Origin: an uncultured bacterium
Lineage (GTDB): Bacteria; Patescibacteriota; Microgenomatia; UBA1400; UBA12108
DNA: 64,000 bases
Reading direction: 5' to 3'
NCBI GenBank assembly: GCA_963981525.1
Contig: CAXCDZ010000001.1
Coordinates: 11,217 to 75,216, forward strand
The first letter of the stretch is position 1; every line of letters starts with the position of its first letter. Shown one piece after another: positions 1 to 9,828 of this stretch. The translations under genes and the position numbers were made by a program. The notes under the pieces were generated by a model. It ran no database searches. It was not told where the DNA came from and worked only from the letters and a program-made list of their open reading frames with translations.

Positions 1-132
1 GTAAGTGAAGTGGAATGGGGAGTCAAGGGTAAGGAGAGCGCGGGCCAATTCTTCTGTGTAGCGGGCTACTCCGTGGCCAGAATAAACCATCTGTGAGACG
101 TCGAGGGCTACTTTGTGTTTATTATTTTTCAT
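1..132 (-). CDS. GT4 glycosyltransferase, N-terminal part (runs off the window)
   Basis: Manual translation from ATG at 132: MKNNKHKVALDVSQMVYSGHGVARYTEELARALL..., a typical GT4 N-terminus like that of 37047..38090. Overlaps the stop of the upstream gene. Confidence 0.75.
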   Translation of the reverse strand, partial: MKNNKHKVALDVSQMVYSGHGVARYTEELARALLTLDSPFHFTY

Positions 133-1438
133 AGATAGAGAGAGCAAGTCCAGAATAGGTCTGCTCTGAAACTAGATTATAGCCTTGTTCAGCCAGATTC
201 GCACGACCCTGGAGAGATGTGTCAAAGATATCCTCGACATATTTGATGTAAAAAACCCGATCAGTAGTAAGAAGTTCTTGGTTTTTGAGCTCAGTGAGGG
301 GGAGATGAAGGTTGTAATATCTTAGCGGGGCGTTTTGAGCCAGACTGGGGAGAGCGACGATCCCATCTTGACTGTTGAGATAGCTAGTGAGTGAGCGCCA
401 GTCTTCGTGATGAAAAGCAGGACTCAGATAAAAAATTCCGACAAAGACTAGGTTAAGGACGACCATAAGAACAGTCACGGTGCGAGGTAGCTTGGAGAGC
501 CCGAGCGCAAGAAGTGTGAGAAGGAGTGGAACTAAGAACAAGAGGCGAAAGTATGAATAGATTGGGACAACAAGAGAGATAAGTGAGGCGAATAGGACAG
601 TACCGATAATGCTTACGGTGAGGAGAGTATACTTACCCTTAACTCTAGTGAGAATGTGAGAGTGCAAGGCAGCAATGAGTGCAATAATGCCTGCGTAGAG
701 ATATTTGTTAGTGAATGAGATTCTCCCTATTACTGCCTTAACCCAAGTGAGAGCAATTGCCTTGCCACTAATCCCACCGACTACCCTACCCCACTCTGGA
801 GAGTGGCTCATGGTGGAGAGCCCGATTCCGATCGAGTCAATTAAAGAGGGAAGCCAAGGAATAAGGGATAAAAAGGTCAGGAAGGCGAGGCGGGTGAGCT
901 GCCATTTTTTTTGAGATACCACGTATGCTAACTGGAAAAAGATGATGATCCAAGCGAGATAGGAACTCCACAACGCAAACATTGTGGAGAGCATATAGCA
1001 TATTGCTAATAGCTTATGGCGTTTTTGAGATACAAGAAGGGAAAGTAAGTAATAGAAACTGGCCGTGACAAAAAATGTGGTCATCATGTAAGTGCGTCCT
1101 TCGGCAGAGTAGTAGATCAAGAGTGGATTGGTTGCTAGTAGTAAGCCTGCGATAGTACCAGCTTTCTTATTTAGAGCTGAAGCCAGTTTTCTACCAAAGT
1201 AAACTGTACCAAGACCTGCTAAGAGAGATGGTGTGCGGAGGGCAAACTCAGAGAATCCTACCAGAGAGGTCCAGGCCGAGAGAATGAGGTGATAAATGGG
1301 AGGCTGGAAGTCAGAGAGGGCGTAGGTGAGAAGCGGACCCATCTTACCCATCAGAGCGAGGGCTTGGATACTCTCGTCGAGCCAGAGTGAGCTAGTCATA
1401 ATGGGAAGGCGGAGAATGAGGGCTAAAAGATAAATCAT
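122..1438 (-). CDS. GT-C (PMT_2/ArnT-like) membrane glycosyltransferase
   Basis: SLWLDES first-loop DE motif, DFQPPIY, LRTPS, YYSAEGRTY, many TM segments. Start moved to the ATG at 1438 because the longer ORF overlaps the upstream gene. Confidence 0.85.
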   Translation of the reverse strand: MIYLLALILRLPIMTSSLWLDESIQALALMGKMGPLLTYALSDFQPPIYHLILSAWTSLVGFSEFALRTPSLLAGLGTVYFGRKLASALNKKAGTIAGLLLATNPLLIYYSAEGRTYMMTTFFVTASFYYLLSLLVSQKRHKLLAICYMLSTMFALWSSYLAWIIIFFQLAYVVSQKKWQLTRLAFLTFLSLIPWLPSLIDSIGIGLSTMSHSPEWGRVVGGISGKAIALTWVKAVIGRISFTNKYLYAGIIALIAALHSHILTRVKGKYTLLTVSIIGTVLFASLISLVVPIYSYFRLLFLVPLLLTLLALGLSKLPRTVTVLMVVLNLVFVGIFYLSPAFHHEDWRSLTSYLNSQDGIVALPSLAQNAPLRYYNLHLPLTELKNQELLTTDRVFYIKYVEDIFDTSLQGRANLAEQGYNLVSEQTYSGLALSIYEK

Positions 1439-1445
1439 ATTGTTT

Positions 1446-2231
1446 CTACAAACCTGAATCAAACCTGGAAGATGATTTTGGTTTTGCCCGAGTATTCTCG
1501 AAGACCCCAAAAATATGAGCTGAGAAAACTATCGGAGAGAAAGTGATGAATGGGATAGAGAAGAGTGCGAAGAGATCAAAAACTATCTTCTTGAGTCCAG
1601 TCCTAAAAGCATAGTTATCGAGCCTACCACCCTTGAGCTCGACTACTTTGTAGTGAAGGATGTTGGCGATCTTGCGTGCCTGGTGGAAAGTAAATTGATA
1701 AGTATGCCCCCAGGGCCCAAAAGCAGTAGAGACAAATAATTTTGAGGGAAAAAAGGTCAAGAGAATACCATTGAGGAACCAACCGGCGTTAGGAAAAGAA
1801 AAAATAATCTTGCCCTTGGGAGATAATAATGGTTTGAGATCATATAGAAGAGTCTGAGGAGAAAAAAGATGTTCGAGGACATCCGAGAGAACGATGATGT
1901 CAAATTTGTTATCAAAAGGAATGGGCTCTCTCTCCACATCGCAAGCCTGGTACTGGATCTTGCTGCCAACAAAAGATTGCTTGGATCTCTCCTGGATGTC
2001 AAGTCCATAGAGATTGTGATACCCTTCTTCCTCTAGCTGAAAAAGGATCTTGCCGTCTGAACAACCGATATCAAGAATAGTGGAGTCAGGTTGGGCATGT
2101 TCTCTAATCATATCTAAAACGATGCGGTGTTTGTTGATCATGCCGAGTCCATCTGTATCGTTATCTGAAAAAGCAGAGACTTGATTATCAATAAACTGTT
2201 TTTTGATGCTGGGAGAGGACTTATGACTCAT
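1446..2231 (-). CDS. Class I SAM-dependent methyltransferase
   Basis: ILDIGCSDG motif I, FDIIVLSDVLEHL, LSPKGKIIFSFPN. Confidence 0.9.
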   Translation of the reverse strand: MSHKSSPSIKKQFIDNQVSAFSDNDTDGLGMINKHRIVLDMIREHAQPDSTILDIGCSDGKILFQLEEEGYHNLYGLDIQERSKQSFVGSKIQYQACDVEREPIPFDNKFDIIVLSDVLEHLFSPQTLLYDLKPLLSPKGKIIFSFPNAGWFLNGILLTFFPSKLFVSTAFGPWGHTYQFTFHQARKIANILHYKVVELKGGRLDNYAFRTGLKKIVFDLFALFSIPFITFSPIVFSAHIFGVFENTRAKPKSSSRFDSGL

Positions 2232-3067
2232 TTGCTAAGTTTACCACTTATTAACATTTCCAAGATCCCGAAAACACGACCATAGTCATAGATTATTTTG
2301 AACGCGAGATACTGGGGGTTGAGGCGAGTAATGGACCTAAACATACCCACCATAATCGAGATGGGGAGAGTGGAGCGCAGGACTGCGTAGAGCGCGCCAA
2401 ATAGACCTAGTTTGTAAGGACGTTTGGCTGCCCATTTGGCCTGATAGTAAATCTTTTTGTAAGAATCGGGATTGTGGTGATAACAGAGTGCGTGAGTCGC
2501 AAGAGGCCTCTTGCCGAGCTTGTGGAAAAGACTCCAGGTATCGGTGTAGCCAATGTTGTCAAAACCCCCCACCCCCTCAAACTCGCTCCGGAGAATAGCC
2601 CGGTAATCGGTGCCCCATTTTGGTGGGTTCTTGGGGAATCTAGACTGATCCTCCCACCCTTCCTCGATATTCCAGCAACGTGCAAGAGGATTATCCCAGT
2701 TGGCAACTTGCTCGAGAGTAGTGTAGGTGCCGATTGCATCTCCTTTCTTGATAGGAGTAATGAGATCGCGAACATAGTCGGGACCGAACTCCATATCAGC
2801 ATCAACGAAGAGAAGAATATCAGAACTCGCGTACTCGGCGCCGAGGTTGCGGGCGATGGCTGGACCCTGATGATCTTGCTTAAGCAGCATGATCTTGTCG
2901 GAGTAGTTAGTAAGAAGATCTAGGGAGTTATCGGTAGAGCCGTCGTCAACCACGATCAGTTGGATTGGAAGGCTTTGGGTGAGAAGTGAGTCGAGCGCGG
3001 CGGGCAAAGTATGTGCGCTGTTGTAGGTCGCAAGAACTAAGGAAGCGACTGGCTTAGATGAGGGCAT
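2228..3067 (-). CDS. GT2 glycosyltransferase
   Basis: SLVLATYN, VVDDGSTD, GPAIARNLG, FVDAD; ATG start at 3067. Confidence 0.9.
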   Translation of the reverse strand: MPSSKPVASLVLATYNSAHTLPAALDSLLTQSLPIQLIVVDDGSTDNSLDLLTNYSDKIMLLKQDHQGPAIARNLGAEYASSDILLFVDADMEFGPDYVRDLITPIKKGDAIGTYTTLEQVANWDNPLARCWNIEEGWEDQSRFPKNPPKWGTDYRAILRSEFEGVGGFDNIGYTDTWSLFHKLGKRPLATHALCYHHNPDSYKKIYYQAKWAAKRPYKLGLFGALYAVLRSTLPISIMVGMFRSITRLNPQYLAFKIIYDYGRVFGILEMLISGKLSK

Positions 3068-4121
3068 GGAGCTCCTTCTCAATACTATTTACGACTGTAG
3101 CTAGATTGTATGGTTTGAGATCCTCGGTATAGTCAATCTTCCTTTTGCCTTTTACGGCACGCTCGATCCCACGAGCAATATCGACTGAATCGTGTGGGTC
3201 CACAAAATAACCTGAGTTGCCAATAATCTTGCGTCTGATCGGGTCATCTGAGGCGACAATGGGTAGTCCTGCTGCCATTGCTTCTAGATAGACCCTGCCA
3301 AATGCTTCTTGTGGGTCTGGAGTGAAACAAAAAATGTGAGACGCTCGGTAGTATGCTGGGAGCTTGCTGGGCTCCAGGTGCTTGATCCAGGAGAACTCAT
3401 TGTCTAGCTGTGAGAGATCTTGGGTAATCTCGTCTTCTAGCTCACCACTACCGATCAGAAGGAGGGAGGATTTGAGATAGGAAACTGCCTTGATAACACT
3501 CGGAATGTTTTTATAACTAGTGAGAGCGCCAACTGTGAAAATGATGGGTCTGACAAGATCAATCTCTGCTGGTTTGGCTGACTGGAAAGGCTTGATATTA
3601 ATTGGGTTGGGAATATGAATAGTCTTGGTGTTTGAGTGAGCGTGTTTAACCGCCCATGTGAGAGCTTGTGGGGTAAGGGCAATAAAAAGATCGGGTCGAG
3701 CGTGGAGGCTAGCGAGATCATCATGTCCTATCCCAGCTCTCCCAAAAACTACTGTCTTGACCTTAGGGAATTCACGTCGAATTAGCTTAAGTTGAGAGGA
3801 TCCGTTAACTGCAATGATGACCTCGGGGTTGAATTTCTTGATTGCTGAGAGAGAGTTGTTGGTAAACATCACCACCTCCCGGCTGGCTTGATTGAGTCCG
3901 AGACGAAAAAGAATTTTCTGGAAAAAGTTGTCTGGGGCAGGAGGAGGAGGTATATCTGGACCTGAGACTTGCTGATGTTGATACTTTTTCTGAGAAAGTT
4001 TGCCGGCACTAAGAACCAAAATATCGTGCTTATCGGAAAGTTTGGTTGCAATAAGGTCCGTTGAGATCTCACTCCCCCTGTCTACTAACCCAAGAGTCAT
4101 GTGGAGAAAGAGCAACTTCAC
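3054..4121 (-). CDS. GT4 glycosyltransferase
   Basis: VGALTSYKN and the EAFGRVYLEAMAAGLPIVAS (EX7E) motif. Confidence 0.9.
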   Translation of the reverse strand: MKLLFLHMTLGLVDRGSEISTDLIATKLSDKHDILVLSAGKLSQKKYQHQQVSGPDIPPPPAPDNFFQKILFRLGLNQASREVVMFTNNSLSAIKKFNPEVIIAVNGSSQLKLIRREFPKVKTVVFGRAGIGHDDLASLHARPDLFIALTPQALTWAVKHAHSNTKTIHIPNPINIKPFQSAKPAEIDLVRPIIFTVGALTSYKNIPSVIKAVSYLKSSLLLIGSGELEDEITQDLSQLDNEFSWIKHLEPSKLPAYYRASHIFCFTPDPQEAFGRVYLEAMAAGLPIVASDDPIRRKIIGNSGYFVDPHDSVDIARGIERAVKGKRKIDYTEDLKPYNLATVVNSIEKELHALI

Positions 4122-4921
4122 AAGAACTTTCTTTTTAAGTGTTTTACCGGAGTAATGAGAGAGGCCAAGAGCTCATAAGTGAAGGAGCGTTTGATAGATG
4201 GGTCAGGGATAATATTGGGCCGAGGGAGGGAGAAAATCTCGGGGAGAGGTGTGGTAATCGGGAGCCCTTTCTCGACTTTGTATTTGTGACGGTGAAGCAC
4301 ACTCTTAAGATTGGCACCAGCACTAGAACGCTTGAGATACATGGCGTGGTGAAGATAGTTGTTGGTAATATACCAATTCTGAGGAGCGCGCTCACGCGTA
4401 CTAACACCATCTTGGTCAAAAAACCCTTCGAGTGGATAATCACCTTGGTAGTGGAGACCCTGGATCTTATCCCTGTTAACTAGGCGAGTCACGAGATGCC
4501 CATGCTGCCCGAACAGACTATACTCGCCAATAGAATCTTGCTGATGATGATAAATGTCACCAAGGAGGTCGTAGCGCCTGACTACTATTCCCTCGAATTT
4601 ATCAGAATTGACTTGCCCAACAATCTCTTTGGCTAGGTGAGTGGAGTAGATCTCGTCACCATCGATTAGCCAAATCCAGGGGTTCTTGGACTCCTGAATC
4701 TGAGCTTGCCTAACTGCAGTGAGCTCCTTGGGAGTAGAGATCTTGATGGTAGTCAGGTTAATCTTGGGATCCTTAATGCTCCTGATAATCTCAAGTGTGT
4801 GGTCGGTGCTGCCAGTATCCGTAATTAGCAATGTATCAACGTAGGGCAAAATAGAGTTAATAGCAAACCAGATCCACTGATCCTCATTTTTGACCACCAT
4901 GTGGGCGGCAATAGAGGTCAC
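4118..4921 (-). CDS. GT2 glycosyltransferase (beta-4-glucosyltransferase-like subgroup)
   Basis: MVVKNE, DTGSTDHT, WIWLIDGDE. Confidence 0.85.
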   Translation of the reverse strand: MTSIAAHMVVKNEDQWIWFAINSILPYVDTLLITDTGSTDHTLEIIRSIKDPKINLTTIKISTPKELTAVRQAQIQESKNPWIWLIDGDEIYSTHLAKEIVGQVNSDKFEGIVVRRYDLLGDIYHHQQDSIGEYSLFGQHGHLVTRLVNRDKIQGLHYQGDYPLEGFFDQDGVSTRERAPQNWYITNNYLHHAMYLKRSSAGANLKSVLHRHKYKVEKGLPITTPLPEIFSLPRPNIIPDPSIKRSFTYELLASLITPVKHLKRKFL

Positions 4922-5598
4922 TTCTTGGTTGCCTCGACAATCATAATCATGCCAAAGAGTGCTGGAGCAAGCTTGAGAAAAGGAATATCAAGGCGTCGTC
5001 TAGAAACTGGCAGGAATGATGTTTCTGTGAATCCTGTGGCATCTAGGAGTTGCTTGAGAATGTGGCGGTTAAAGAAACGAATGTGCGTCCACTCCCATGG
5101 CTTGTTATCCTCACCCTCTGTTTTTGGGAGCGATCCTGTGAGAAGAGTGTATAGACGATACCTCCAGTATCCTTGGTTGGGAGTAGAGATAATAACTCTC
5201 CCGCTTGGCTTAAGAACTCGGTATATCTCATGGAGAATATCGGCGGGAGTAAAGACATGCTCAATATTATCTCCCCAGAAGACAGTGTCAAAAGATTTAT
5301 CCTTAAAAGGCAATTTCTTCTCTACAGAACCAACGACTCCTTTGACTCCACGCTTTTTGGCATTTGCAATCGCAGTTTCGGAGATGTCCAGCGCTGTAAC
5401 CTGGCATTGATAATTATCTTGGAGGTAGCTCCCGACGATAGAGTTGCCGCTTGCAAGATCTAGAACCTTTTCTTTTCTCCTGAATAATTTGGGTAGTACC
5501 CAATTTCGTTCATACTGATCAAAAAGTTCGCCACCTGCACGAAGAGTTCGCTTAACCCACTGCTTTTCATATTTTTCGGAAATTTGGTTTTTTGTCAT
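4918..5598 (-). CDS. Class I SAM-dependent methyltransferase (Methyltransf_11-like)
   Basis: VLDLASGNS, LPFKDKSFD, EIYRVLKPSGRVIISTPN. Confidence 0.9.
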   Translation of the reverse strand: MTKNQISEKYEKQWVKRTLRAGGELFDQYERNWVLPKLFRRKEKVLDLASGNSIVGSYLQDNYQCQVTALDISETAIANAKKRGVKGVVGSVEKKLPFKDKSFDTVFWGDNIEHVFTPADILHEIYRVLKPSGRVIISTPNQGYWRYRLYTLLTGSLPKTEGEDNKPWEWTHIRFFNRHILKQLLDATGFTETSFLPVSRRRLDIPFLKLAPALFGMIMIVEATKK

Positions 5599-5604
5599 AG
5601 GCTC

Positions 5605-5610
5605 ATTATA
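5605..5610 (-). promoter_or_regulatory. -10 box TATAAT, 6 nt before ATG 5598 (putative leaderless promoter)
   Basis: Minus strand reads TATAAT-gagcct-ATG in a 13-nt intergenic gap. Confidence 0.6.
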
Positions 5611-5611
5611 T

Positions 5612-6943
5612 TCAATTATCGTGAGATTTTCTGTAGAGAAAAGTTTGTGAGTCTATCTCCTCGTGGAGGACGTAGTAGTTATCTATGTAGTTAAGAATAA
5701 GTTGGGGAGCTGAGTTGCTACCTAAAAGAATATATACTGGCTGAGAATCAAGTAGCTTGGAGACTGTTAACTCCTGCACCCCGGGATAGTCATAATAGAG
5801 AGGAGTGCTGGGATAGATAAAGTCTATATTGGGATACTTGTTGATCAGGTAGTACCAATGATCCCAGGAGTTGGTGGTAAAAATCGTCTCATCTCCTACA
5901 ATGTTTGTAATGTGCTGTGACTCAGAAATAATTGTCTGCTCGATGAATCTAGGAGGAAGGGCGCGGTAGTCATGATAATATTCCAAAAACACTAGTAGGC
6001 TAGTTATGGAGAGAATGGTAATAATTAGGCGCCTGCAAGTGATGATCTTGATATTAGTTAGTAGTAAAAATAACAGGAGTAAAAGGAAGTTGAGCGATGG
6101 CAAGACATGAAAAAGCTCGAACCTAGGCCAGATTCCAATTAGAGAAAATAGATACCACACCATTAACTCTCGATGCTGACGTGGGATCTTGGAAGATTTT
6201 TGCCTCTGGGCAAAGAATGAGACTGCTAACATAACGATGGGAAGCAGAAAGAGAATAAGTTGGTTGAGCTGGGGTAGTTGTCTCTGGCCAGAATGACTAG
6301 CCATATGCTGAATTGGAAATAATAGGTTTTGCTGGACTGCAGTTAACCAACTCTCTGTTGGGATCATTAGTAGGTATCCAGCAATAGCCAAGAAACCACT
6401 AAGGAGTATAAATCGAAGAAATTGTCTTGAGCTATTTAGTGAGTACATTATGGGAATTAGCATAACTACTGCAGTTTGTTTGGTAAGAATCGCGAAAGAG
6501 AAGAAGATTGAGGCAAGTAGTAGTCGACCACGATAGATCATACTGTAGGTAATAAACAACAAGGGTGTTAAGAGGTGGTCAAACCACAAGCCATTTGCTT
6601 CGTACCTAATCTGCCAGATGATGAGAAGAAAGGAGACAAATATAAGCAACTTGAGTGAAGAGTGCCTTTTGCGAAGCTCTGTGACGAATAGTGACAAATT
6701 GAACAGTAGCACTGCTGTTGTAATTAACTGAAGCATAGTCACGTCCCAATGATTTGAGGAAACTAAAGAAAGAATTGAAAGCAAGAGAGGTGGGTAGACA
6801 ACAAAGATGTTGGAATAGTATGCAAATCCACCTTGGTGCAGATATGGCCAAACTAACATCTCTGGCCAAGCCGTAAATTGAGTGCTATATAGCAAAACCG
6901 TGAAGATGGCCGACAATAATATTAGGGGCTTGTGCCTTGTCAT
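5612..6943 (-). CDS. Polytopic GT-C-like membrane glycosyltransferase
   Basis: About 10 TM segments, YSNIFVVYPPLL loop, ILTKQT motif, C-terminal soluble domain. Confidence 0.7.
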   Translation of the reverse strand: MTRHKPLILLSAIFTVLLYSTQFTAWPEMLVWPYLHQGGFAYYSNIFVVYPPLLLSILSLVSSNHWDVTMLQLITTAVLLFNLSLFVTELRKRHSSLKLLIFVSFLLIIWQIRYEANGLWFDHLLTPLLFITYSMIYRGRLLLASIFFSFAILTKQTAVVMLIPIMYSLNSSRQFLRFILLSGFLAIAGYLLMIPTESWLTAVQQNLLFPIQHMASHSGQRQLPQLNQLILFLLPIVMLAVSFFAQRQKSSKIPRQHRELMVWYLFSLIGIWPRFELFHVLPSLNFLLLLLFLLLTNIKIITCRRLIITILSITSLLVFLEYYHDYRALPPRFIEQTIISESQHITNIVGDETIFTTNSWDHWYYLINKYPNIDFIYPSTPLYYDYPGVQELTVSKLLDSQPVYILLGSNSAPQLILNYIDNYYVLHEEIDSQTFLYRKSHDN

Positions 6944-8229
6944 TAACTTTTTGATGGAGAAAAGTGTTCTTGATATGATTTCTTCGCAAAGAGAAGGGTG
7001 AAGATGAGAATGGCTAGTCTAGTGATAATCCTGGCATAACCTGCCCCAATAAGACCAAATGGTGGGATCAAAACTACATCAGAAATAAGGAGGACTATGG
7101 TACTCAAGATACCCGAGATTGCAAAATAGGTTGGCTTGTTGAATAGGTAAAACAATGCAACAAAAGGAGAAGTTGCAGTAAGAAGAGCGGTCGAAATGAA
7201 AAGTAGGTTCAGAGGGGCAACGGCATCAAGATATTCTAGTCCGACAGTGTAATAGATGGCGGGGTAGCTCAATAAGGTCAGGAGCATAATTCCAACCAGA
7301 GAAATTACCCCAATAAGGTAAGCTTTTTTTAGATATGCTTGTAAGTGATGCTTACTTTTGTAGGAGGCAACTCGCACGTTGAGAACTGAACCGAGAGACC
7401 AACCAATTAGGCTAGCGACTGTAGCGATCCTCACGGCAGCTGACCAGAGACCTGTTTCATGACTTGAAAGATAGTTCTGCACTATGATGACGTCGATATT
7501 GTCGGCAATGGTAGCTGAGATAATTGCGATGCTGGTCCATTTGGCAACGGAGATAATTTTTTGCGCTCTATTCTTATCTAGAACGGGTTTGAAATATGTT
7601 AGTGGTAACTTGACAAACCCGGCAATTCCTCCTGCAAGTGGCATCAAGAGATAGACGAGAGTTAGAGGGCCTAGAGCTATGCCAACTGACATAAAAATAA
7701 CTGCATAAAGAAACTTGCCAATTGATTGGATAAAATTGGTCAGGACTGAGTAAGTGAAAAGCCCTCTTCCCTGCAGGATCACGTTAATATATTCGTAAAA
7801 TATCACTGCACCTGAGAGCAAAAATACCCACCTTACCAGATAGTAGTACTGTTCAAGCTGAAGAACTCTGATACCTATCCATTTGCTGGCAATTATCCCA
7901 AATACCATAAGTGCCACAGTCAAAGCTAGTTTGAGGACAAGGCCTGTTTGAATCGTTTCTTTGACAAAGGTGGGATTATCTTTGTGTTGAGATATTTCTC
8001 TCTGAACAGCGATGTTAACTCCAAAGTCACCAACTTTTGAGAGAATAAGTAATAAAGAGAATAGAACTGAGAATATTCCGAACATTTCTGGCCCGAGGGA
8101 GCGAGAGAAGATAATCATTGCGACCGCAGAAATAGCAGTGGCGGTTATGTTACCTGCCATCATCATCGTGGCTGAGCGAACCCCTTCAGATCTAATAGTT
8201 TGGAGTGCAAGTTTTCGGATTCTATCCAT
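6943..8229 (-). CDS. wzx: Wzx/RfbX-type oligosaccharide flippase
   Basis: About 12 TM segments; SRSLGPEMFG, DFGVN, DNIDVIIVQNYL, GLWSAA, LIPPFGLIGAGYA. Confidence 0.85.
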   Translation of the reverse strand: MDRIRKLALQTIRSEGVRSATMMMAGNITATAISAVAMIIFSRSLGPEMFGIFSVLFSLLLILSKVGDFGVNIAVQREISQHKDNPTFVKETIQTGLVLKLALTVALMVFGIIASKWIGIRVLQLEQYYYLVRWVFLLSGAVIFYEYINVILQGRGLFTYSVLTNFIQSIGKFLYAVIFMSVGIALGPLTLVYLLMPLAGGIAGFVKLPLTYFKPVLDKNRAQKIISVAKWTSIAIISATIADNIDVIIVQNYLSSHETGLWSAAVRIATVASLIGWSLGSVLNVRVASYKSKHHLQAYLKKAYLIGVISLVGIMLLTLLSYPAIYYTVGLEYLDAVAPLNLLFISTALLTATSPFVALFYLFNKPTYFAISGILSTIVLLISDVVLIPPFGLIGAGYARIITRLAILIFTLLFAKKSYQEHFSPSKS

Positions 8230-8235
8230 GGACTC

Positions 8236-8241
8236 ATTATA
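8236..8241 (-). promoter_or_regulatory. -10 box TATAAT, 6 nt before ATG 8229
   Basis: TATAAT-gagtcc-ATG. Confidence 0.6.
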
Positions 8242-8250
8242 GACCAGTTA

Positions 8251-8859
8251 TTACTTGAACTGGGTCAAGAATCCCCAGATCCTCTCCCACATAGAAGGTT
8301 CGGCGCTGGCTGGGACAGAGCTCGGGGTAACGTCGAGCGGGTTGTAGGCCAGAACATCCTCGACAGAGAGAGTGTTGTTAAGATTGTGATAGATCCCGAT
8401 CACGACAACTGGCTTCTCGACCAGGCGATGAGATGAGTCAAAATCAGTGTCATACTCCAACATATAGACGTCACTGGTGGGGAGAACAAGAATGTCATGA
8501 GATTCGCTAGCAACTCTTACTTCGTGGATCATGCCGAGCTTGCTCATGGGCTGGTTGACTCCCCTGCCCTGCCAGAGTCTGTATCCTAGATAGATCACGA
8601 GCGGGAGAACTAGGAGAGGAATCGTGAACTTGATATTGATGACAGTGTTTTGGCTTTTCCAGATCCTCTTGAGTGCGAGCCACAGACGACCAATGGGATT
8701 ATTGATCCGCAGGTTTACGTCCAGTAAGGGATCTTCTAGGTTCTCAGATTTGGTGACGTCAACGTCGATTGCGTGTACTCCATTGATTGAGACAGATCTC
8801 CCCACCTTCTTCTTACTCTCGCTTGCGCGCTCTGCAATATCAACAATGTCTTTTGCCAT
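8251..8859 (-). CDS. Hypothetical single-pass membrane protein
   Basis: One TM segment (TIPLLVLPLVIYLGY), beta-rich C-terminal domain, amphipathic tail SMWERIWGFLTQFK. ATG at 8859 preferred over the TTG at 8868. Confidence 0.7.
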   Translation of the reverse strand: MAKDIVDIAERASESKKKVGRSVSINGVHAIDVDVTKSENLEDPLLDVNLRINNPIGRLWLALKRIWKSQNTVINIKFTIPLLVLPLVIYLGYRLWQGRGVNQPMSKLGMIHEVRVASESHDILVLPTSDVYMLEYDTDFDSSHRLVEKPVVVIGIYHNLNNTLSVEDVLAYNPLDVTPSSVPASAEPSMWERIWGFLTQFK

Positions 8860-8866
8860 TACTATC

Positions 8867-8872
8867 AATGTA
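8867..8872 (-). promoter_or_regulatory. Extended -10 (TGgTACATT), 7 nt before ATG 8859
   Basis: ttggTACATT-gatagta-ATG. Confidence 0.45.
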
Positions 8873-8877
8873 CCAAA

Positions 8878-9828
8878 TTAGCGGGAATTGTCTAGTTGTG
8901 TCATTCTAGTTTGACGAGGAGGATTTGATGAGTCCCTCAATGATTGGATGTAGTGCAGTGAAGCTGTAACAATGCTCATGTATTGAATATGCCTTTTGTC
9001 ATCCATAGCTGGATTATCTACCTCATTATCTGTTTGAATGCCGGGATGTCGATAGGGAATGGTAACGCTGCCGACTTTTTTGCCTTCATGGAGTGCACGA
9101 ATAATAGGGAAGAAGGTTGCACTATTGTATGCGCCAGTATTTACATGCGAATGAAAATCCGCAGCCGCACCAGAGCTTGCCTCAAACTGATATCGACCCA
9201 TAAAGTATGGCAGAAATTCCTTGCGAAAGATTCGTGGTCCAAACCAAGCATCAAGATCCGGGTCGTTAGGAGGGAGAAGATCACTTATTCTCAAAAGATG
9301 ATTAAAGCGAGTATTGGCTCTCGTTTCGTAAGCAACCTGAGCAGCCGGATATGTAGAAAAACTCTCTTCATCTCTGGCGGGGACAACCAGATCACAACCC
9401 TCCTTGAGCATGGCCTGCGTAGCTTGCCAAAGACAGGTTGGAGTGAGAAAACTAATCTTCTCTGGCTCAGACCAAGCGATGATCTTAACCTGATCTAATT
9501 CTGCTGCAGCTTGGAAAGCCTCTTGACGAGCAGGGTCCATTCCTCTTTCTTTTTGAGTAAGAACTTGGACATCCAGCTCATTAAGAGCGGATCGAAAATC
9601 ACTACCCTCGTCCCCACCATCAACAACTAGTGTTGAGTGTCCCAGCTCTTGAGATTGAGTGAGTAACTGTAGAGCTAGATCACCACGGATTTTGTCTGTG
9701 TGATCTGGACTGTTGAGATCACCTGAATACCAATCTGGATAAAAGGTGGTTGTGACTACTGCCAAAGATTCTGGGTGTCGTGCGAGCTCACAATTTGCCA
9801 AATCTGGGTGTAACTCTTGTTTAGTCAT
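8878..9828 (-). CDS. Hypothetical protein, divergent GT-A/GT2-like fold
   Basis: LVVDGG, GMDPARQEAF, DLVVPAR and GKKVGSVTIPY occur in the order seen in DPM-synthase-like GT2s, but the DxD position reads EPE. Confidence 0.55.
   Translation of the reverse strand: MTKQELHPDLANCELARHPESLAVVTTTFYPDWYSGDLNSPDHTDKIRGDLALQLLTQSQELGHSTLVVDGGDEGSDFRSALNELDVQVLTQKERGMDPARQEAFQAAAELDQVKIIAWSEPEKISFLTPTCLWQATQAMLKEGCDLVVPARDEESFSTYPAAQVAYETRANTRFNHLLRISDLLPPNDPDLDAWFGPRIFRKEFLPYFMGRYQFEASSGAAADFHSHVNTGAYNSATFFPIIRALHEGKKVGSVTIPYRHPGIQTDNEVDNPAMDDKRHIQYMSIVTASLHYIQSLRDSSNPPRQTRMTQLDNSR

Noticed and set aside
8983-9498. Antisense and alternative-frame ORFs (for example 8983..9498, 4901..5410, 2474..2923, 55335..55817, 39775..40203)
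   Set aside because: They lie almost entirely within well-supported genes, show no recognisable motifs and are of a length expected by chance.
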